Source of the DNA: Octopus sinensis
Lineage: Eukaryota
Assembly: GCF_006345805.1 (NCBI RefSeq)
Contig: NC_043002.1
Coordinates: 55,800,001-55,864,000, forward strand
Reading direction: 5' to 3'
DNA length: 64,000 nt
Shown: positions 59,401 through 64,000 of the stretch, one piece after another
Numbering within the stretch: position 1 is the first letter of the stretch
How the letters are laid out: the number at the start of each line of letters is the position of its first letter
Notes under the pieces: model-generated
The model's input: the letters and a program-made list of their open reading frames with translations, nothing else
Database searches by the model: none
What the model was told of the DNA's origin: nothing
Program-made: the position numbers and the translations under genes

Positions 59401-60512
59401 AGAGGGTGCTTTCTTTTCTTCCACCAGCACCAGAAAGGTCACCATGCAGCTTGGAAGACAACTGACTGCAAGAGTCTGTGCCTTTATGCGAAGAGGAGCC
59501 GGGGGTTCGAGTATAAGGAGGCACCAAAGCAGAACAGGTTTCTTGCTGTTAAGGAGCTACTGTTACTCACGCTTGTGTGCATGTGAGCGTGCGTGCATGT
59601 GTGGGAAACAGACGGGGTGAATGACACTAATGAGAAGAAAGAGAATCGTTAGTAAGTTTTCTTAATAATTAATTATAAGCAATACTTCAACAAGTCTAGA
59701 GAAGTGAAATGTTTGTAGAAACAACAACAACAACAAAGATTGCGATGATGATAATAATGGTAGTAGTAGTAATAATGAAAATAATAATAACAGTAATAAT
59801 AATAATAATAAAATAATAATAATAAAATAATAATAATAGTAATAATAATAATAATGATGATGAATTACTCAATAATATACAAAACAACATGAATTAACAG
59901 AAAATATCAATTTGCTGTGAAGAATTAAGAGCAGAGTGGTTCTGAAGAAAAGAGTCTACAAATAACACAGAGTAATTCTTGAAGTCTGGAAGAGAAAATG
60001 GTCAATATTCTGAAATAAACAGTTCTTGTAAATAATACGGGGGGGGGGGGAGAATGTGCTCTCATGTGGCCGAGATGAAAATGTAACAAATTTAAACATG
60101 TCTCTACATGTATTAATGGCATCTATCTCTACATGTAGTAATAATGGCAACCTCCCCATGTGATGTATAATCATATTTATTGAGGATGAGTAAAAATTAG
60201 AACAGTTTACTGCGCATAATTAAGAAAAAACAAATTGCTGTAATTAAAATTTTCTTGGCAAATCATCTTCCTTTAAAGAATCAACATTGTATCTTTTGCT
60301 TGTTTCAGTCATTAAACTGTGGCCATGCTGGGGCAATGTTTTTTAAGAATTTTTAGACGAATGAATCGACCCCACTAATTATGTCTTTGCAAAGCCCAGT
60401 ACATATTCTATCAGTGTCTTATGCTGAACTGCTAAGTCACAAAGTTGTAAACACACCAACACAGGTTGTCGAGCAGTTGTGGGGACAAACACAAACACAA
60501 AGACACACACGC

Positions 60513-60557
<45 letters not shown>

Positions 60558-61448
60558 TACAATGGGCTTCTTTCAGTTTCCATCTACCAAATCCACTCAA
60601 GGCTTTAATCAGCCCAAGGCTATAGCAAATGACACTTGTCCAAGGTGCCATGCAGTGGGACTAAACCTGGATCCATGTGATTGGGAAGCAAGCTTCTTAC
60701 CCCCTGATAGATGAAGTCTTTACCCATTTTTTTTTCATATTTTGATTGATTGAAAAACATTAGCATTTGTATACAGTTATCAATTAATTCTAAGTTTTAT
60801 TGTTTTCTTTATTAGCATATATAATTTTTAAAAGGGGAACTTGAAGTAGATAAGGCTATAATTAATAGCATGCAAATATTGGGTTAAAAATCCCTTTGGA
60901 TAAAAAAAGTCAAAAGTTTCCAGTGGGAATTGAACCCATGATTTCTATAAACATGACAGAAGTTCTACTATTGGACCAATGTTTTTTATATATATATATA
61001 TATATATTTAAAGGCGGCAAGCTGGCAGAAGCGTTAGCGCGCTGGGTGAAATGCTTAGCAGTATTTCGTCTGCCGTTACGTTCTAAGTTCAAATTCCGCT
61101 GAGGTCGGCTTTGCCTTTCATCCTTTCGGGGTCGATAAATTAAGTACCAGTTACGCACTGGGGTTTAATGTAAACAACTTAATCCCTTTGTCTGTCCTTG
61201 TTTGTCCCCTCTATGTTTAGCCCCTTGTGGGCAGTAAAGAAATATATATATATATATATATATTTAATGGAAAAAATAAAAAACTGGAGATTTTGAAGTT
61301 AATAAAAGTTTATCAGCAACAAATCGATCACTATCCCTTACAGCTGTTTCAATTATATACCATCCCTTCATGATGCTAGCATAACCTCTAACTGAATTAT
61401 ATATACATATATATATATATATGTGTGTGTGGTGTGTGTGTGTGTGTG

Positions 61449-61514
<66 letters not shown>

Positions 61515-61811
61515 GCATATAAGTGGAGGCGCAATGGCCCAGTGGTTAGAGCAGCGGACTCGCGGTCATAGGATCGCAGTTTCGATTCCCAGACCGGGCG
61601 TTGTGAGTGTTTATTGAGCGAAAACACCTAAAAAGCTCCAGGAGGCTCCGGCAGGGGGTGGTGATCCCTGTTGTACTCTTTCACCACTCTTTCTCCCACT
61701 CTTTCTTCTGTTGGCCTGCTTGCTTAGCCAGCGGGGTGGCGTCATTCGAAGGCTAAAACAATGCGAACGCATTGATGGACTGGTCGGAAAAAAGAAAAGA
61801 AAAAGAATATA

Positions 61812-61867
<56 letters not shown>

Positions 61868-62359
61868 CACACACACACACACACATATATATATACACCT
61901 TTTTGATGAGAACTCTTTATTGCAAACAATTTTCTAACATAAACATCTTTGCCAATTATCTTCAATACATGGCAACAGAAGAAAGTGGATGATGTGAAAT
62001 TGTGAATCTTAGAGATAGTGCATGTGCGCACACACACACATACACACAAAGCTTGAACTCAGTGCCATCAATGCTCACACTATTTATTCTACCATTATCA
62101 AGTAGTATTTGCTAGCTTTGAATATGTATTTGTAGTGTGGACAGACATCAAAGAATTTACCAACCCCTCTGATGTCCACATCCATTCTTTATAGATCAAT
62201 ATGAAGGGTCACATGAATTTCTAGTGGAAATAAGTAATGCAAGGGATTCTTTGCTATTTATTACATGTGTATATGTGGGCAGGAGACGGCAAGTGCATTG
62301 CTCAATCCTACCTTCTCAGCAGAGAGGAAAACTTCTACACAAGACAGAGACTGTCTTTT
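29963..62359 (-). CDS. 3' part of a gene with a proline-rich SH3-ligand C-terminal tail (DOCK180/Sos-like character, unidentified); complement(join(29963..30109,32531..32604,38277..38339,44019..44096,47556..47577,56774..56905,62312..62359)); continues beyond the window
   Basis: Seven AG/GT-bounded exons join in frame: KRQSLSCVEVFLSAEK-ESELPTLPDKQRSLKLPVPLPPQLPKRSRPHSFVATGSSLIQFK-KPVEPSK-TPSPSPGAVSLPTTPLDQKTSGRRVS-ESEFQHRLSPPPLPHRQPIAE-DSKLKASPNGPSLQTPPVVPPKTPK-VIDMSKITAPPPLPPRKTIPTTPITPEVPSSEYRFDKAPPLPRRLNNI*. Confidence 0.8.
30381..30576 (-). mobile_element. hammerhead-bearing Penelope-type short element (copy C) with inverted terminal piece
   Basis: Antisense body 30381-30525 plus opposite-orientation terminal piece 30527-30576; inserted into a piggyBac-MITE remnant. 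Confidence 0.75.
30419..30462 (-). ncRNA. minimal type I hammerhead ribozyme motif (Penelope-like)
   Basis: Minus strand reads ACAC CUGAUGA A GGCUG gggggUAUAU CAGCC GAAA UG UU GUGU: stem I ACAC/GUGU, stem II GGCUG/CAGCC, intact CUGANGA and GAAA core. Confidence 0.65.
31447..31521. repeat. (TA)n microsatellite (one of many TA, CA, AAT and CAT tracts)
   Basis: Read directly; other long tracts at ~54870-54945 (AAT), ~59750-59860 and ~61400-61510. Confidence 0.95.
32531..32604 (-). CDS. exon (D)SKLKASPNGPSLQTPPVVPPKTPK
   Basis: aaatag acceptor; AAG|gtaggt donor; 74 nt; phase 1 to 0. Confidence 0.85.
33976..34276. mobile_element. palindromic foldback/MITE-like element (second copy)
   Basis: Same arms as 25203-25583 with an internal deletion. 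Confidence 0.85.
34410..34985 (-). mobile_element. cluster of about three tandem family-B SINE copies
   Basis: Repeated ggcacaaggcc..ccccaaaaggatgaaaggcaaagtcgacc..gaactcagaa units. Confidence 0.75.
35158..35264. repeat. direct tandem duplication (~52 bp x2)
   Basis: acagaagaattaattaataaacagtgatgaactaagaactgttagtaat occurs twice in succession. Confidence 0.9.
37184..37424. repeat. inverted repeat with ~77-bp arms
   Basis: 37184-37260 is the near-perfect reverse complement of 37348-37424. Confidence 0.9.
38277..38339 (-). CDS. exon (E)SEFQHRLSPPPLPHRQPIAE
   Basis: tttttcaatag acceptor; AAG|gtaagg donor; 63 nt; phase 1 to 1. Confidence 0.85.
39500..40575 (-). mobile_element. non-autonomous piggyBac element with truncated transposase N-terminus (ORF 39914-40306)
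   Basis: TTAA TSD at 39496-39499 and 40576-40579; TIR CCCTTTCATTAC / GTAACGAAAGGG; acidic N-terminus followed by W..F....GP and YF.LLF....I..ETNRYA, typical of piggyBac transposases. Confidence 0.88.
41369..41560. repeat. near-perfect ~190-bp palindrome
   Basis: aaataaggtactcagaaatctggatggttttatatttacagattttt...; arms ~88 bp around a short loop. Confidence 0.92.
41859..42171. repeat. degenerate inverted repeat with ~125-bp arms
   Basis: tctctacaga..tttagagcca..catatacgaatac..aaaataggtaa mirrored at ~42048-42171. Confidence 0.75.
43121..43490 (-). mobile_element. degraded mariner fragment (3' end)
   Basis: TIR-like ttgggttggccacaaagt after a TA run; eroded C-terminal transposase sequence (DLTPSGFHLFQSLQNSLN). 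Confidence 0.65.
44019..44096 (-). CDS. exon (T)PSPSPGAVSLPTTPLDQKTSGRRVS
   Basis: gttgctttag acceptor; CAG|gtgtgt donor; 78 nt; phase 1 to 1. Confidence 0.8.
45553..46722 (-). mobile_element. mariner (Mos1-like) transposon, pseudogenised
   Basis: WVPYEL, MLCVWWN, LQHNNAWP, HPPYSSDLAPMDFHLF motifs in broken ORFs (46236-46502, 45687-46148); eroded TIRs. Confidence 0.92.
47556..47577 (-). CDS. 22-nt microexon KPVEPSK
   Basis: Very long polypyrimidine tract ending ttttctag; donor gtgagt; supplies the phase 0 to 1 shift required between flanking exons. Confidence 0.8.
51987..52800 (+). mobile_element. family-A SINE interrupted by an antisense RTE-tail repeat (52195-52590) in its (TA)n linker
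   Basis: Head 51987-52150; tail 52590-52800. Confidence 0.85.
52985..53497. mobile_element. Tc1/mariner-superfamily (Tc2/pogo-like) MITE
   Basis: TA|CCGTAAATCCTTGAGTATAATCCGC ... GCGGACTATACTCGAGGATTTACGG|TA; no ORF. Confidence 0.88.
56774..56905 (-). CDS. exon ESELPTLPDKQRSLKLPVPLPPQLPKRSRPHSFVATGSSLIQFK
   Basis: ctaac branch-like motif plus ctgtag acceptor; AAG|gtgtgt donor; 132 nt; phase 0 to 0. Confidence 0.85.
58440..58710 (+). mobile_element. RTE-type LINE 3' end (second family); partial copy at 55280-55460
   Basis: Translates GYIARFTDNRWTCAVAEWYPRDGKRTFGR. Confidence 0.75.
58800..59135 (-). mobile_element. family-A SINE
   Basis: Reverse complement of the 12055 family; similar copies at 30805-31075, 35524-35760 and 60290-60700. 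Confidence 0.8.
61013..61243 (+). mobile_element. family-B SINE (well preserved)
   Basis: ggcggcaagctggcagaagcgttagcgcg..gttcaaattccgctgaggtcgg..ggggtcgataaattaagtaccag; inserted in (TA)n. Confidence 0.85.
61522..61790 (+). mobile_element. family-C SINE (tRNA-like head)
   Basis: A box tggcccagtggttag, B-box-like tttcgattccc; flanked by (TA)n. Confidence 0.85.
62312..62359 (-). CDS. exon KRQSLSCVEVFLSAEK
   Basis: cttttgtttttccag acceptor; AAG|gtagga donor; 48 nt; phase 0 end fits the next exon. Confidence 0.65.
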
Positions 62360-64000
62360 CTGGAAAAACAAAAGACAACAGAGACGACATTTTGAGAGGT
62401 GTCCCAAACATTTTTCAAACATGGTTCTATTCAAAAAGGGAGAATTGGAACAGCTGACTATAGCTCCCTACTTATTGTTGTCGTGTGTGTGTGTGTGTGT
62501 GCATGCGCGCACTTCTATTTTATGTTGAAGATTCTACATGAATACAGGAAAAGTAGTTTCTTTATCAACAGACTGGAGCAGCAGACAAAATGCTTTGAAG
62601 TATTTAGTTATGTCTCTAATATCAGAAGAGGCAGGAGTAATGAAACAGAGAGGTTTTAGAGCCTGTCACTGATGTGAGAATCATTACTAGCTTCTGTTTA
62701 GGATGTGGTCTTGGATTTCTGTGTATATATCATAATCATAATTTAACATCCATGGCACTTTGTAAAAATTAATTGGTGCTGGTGCCATGGTAAAAGTACC
62801 CATGCTGGTACTGTGTTAAATAAAAACCTCAAGCTGGTGCCACGTAAAAAGCACCCAGTACACTTTGTAAAGTGGTTGGCATTAGGAAGGACATCCAGCA
62901 ATGGCAACCCTGCCAAAAAAATTGGAGTCTCATGCCGCTCCCTGGCTTGCCAGTTCTTGTCAAACCATGTGATCACAGAGCAAACTTTTTAACCCCACAA
63001 CCATTTATACACAATGGATGTGTTAAATAATAAAGCTGTGATGTCTGACAAAAGTGTGAAGATATCAAAATGTGTTGGAGTAATTAATTGTATGAGGTTT
63101 AGGAAACTGTAACTACAACAGCAATTTCAGACATATATCTAATTTAATCTGTGCTATATAAAGGACTTTATTTGAGAACATTGATTGAATATATATATGA
63201 GGTAGTTTATTAAGTAATCTATGGATTTACATAGGAGTGTTGTCATACTTGTGTAGCTTTAGTCAACTTGGCTCCTATACAGAAATAACCGACAAAATTG
63301 CTTAAGAGTAACCAAAACATCTAACATATGGACAGATCTAAGGATGACATTACACACTTTGACATGCAAGTTTTTTTTCTCTCTTTTTTTTGATAGTGCA
63401 ATACAAATATATATATATATATAAATACACAAATGTTTACTATTTTCCATGCCAACACTTAAACTTGGACAGAATAGTTTAACAAAATTTATGTTATGAT
63501 TTAAAACGAGGAAATTCAAGAAAAAAAAGGAAAAAGATCATGAGATGATATTATCTTGGAACATGGTGTGTTTCAGTTAATTAATTAGTTAATTAGAAAG
63601 AGAGATAGAGTGACAGGACAAGGGGATACATATTGTGTGTGTGGTAAAAACAAGAGGTAGAGTGAGACAGAGAGTGAGAGGAAAATAAGAGAGAGAAAGA
63701 TGGAGAGATAGATAGATAGATACAATGAAAGGAATGAAGGAAAGATGGAGAGGTGTGTCATGAAACAAAAGTGATATTGTGTGGATGTGAGTGAGTGTCT
63801 ATGCATGAGAAAGAGAGGGGGAAGGAGAGAGAGAGATGAACACCTGGGATAGCTAAACTACCAACAGCTTTATTACTACAAGAGATGTTATACACTAACC
63901 AAATGGATTCATTGACCTAATTGTTGTATTGATGAGTCTATCTACACTACAATTCAGCTAGGTAAATTCTTCAACCTTCTTCAGGTGCTAATAATATATT

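Noticed and set aside
63844-63875. 32-nt candidate exon on the minus strand
   Set aside because: Contains TAG in the frame needed to join exon 62359; the open frame would require an unseen intermediate exon.

Overview
AT-rich, repeat-dense animal genomic DNA. The SINE, RTE and microsatellite repertoire resembles an octopus (coleoid cephalopod) genome; this is inferred from memory, not searched. The window holds two convergent spliced genes. (1) A complete 8-exon mu-crystallin / ketimine reductase (CRYM, ornithine cyclodeaminase family) gene on +, 3294..24449, 927 nt CDS, 308 aa, with GT-AG sites and consistent phases throughout. (2) The last seven detectable exons, including a 22-nt microexon, of a minus-strand gene (62359..29963) encoding a proline-rich SH3-ligand tail; its identity is unresolved. 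Introns are filled with tRNA-derived SINEs, CR1/L2, RTE and R4/Dong LINE fragments, mariner, piggyBac and Tc2-like DNA elements, and many foldback structures. The most notable observation is a short repeat family (3 copies) carrying a Penelope-type minimal hammerhead-ribozyme motif and an inverted terminal duplication. One copy also has a tRNA-like Pol III head and a 13-bp TSD confirmed by an empty site in the window, making it a candidate SINE mobilised by Penelope-like elements. All calls are from reading the sequence by eye; repeat boundaries are approximate.
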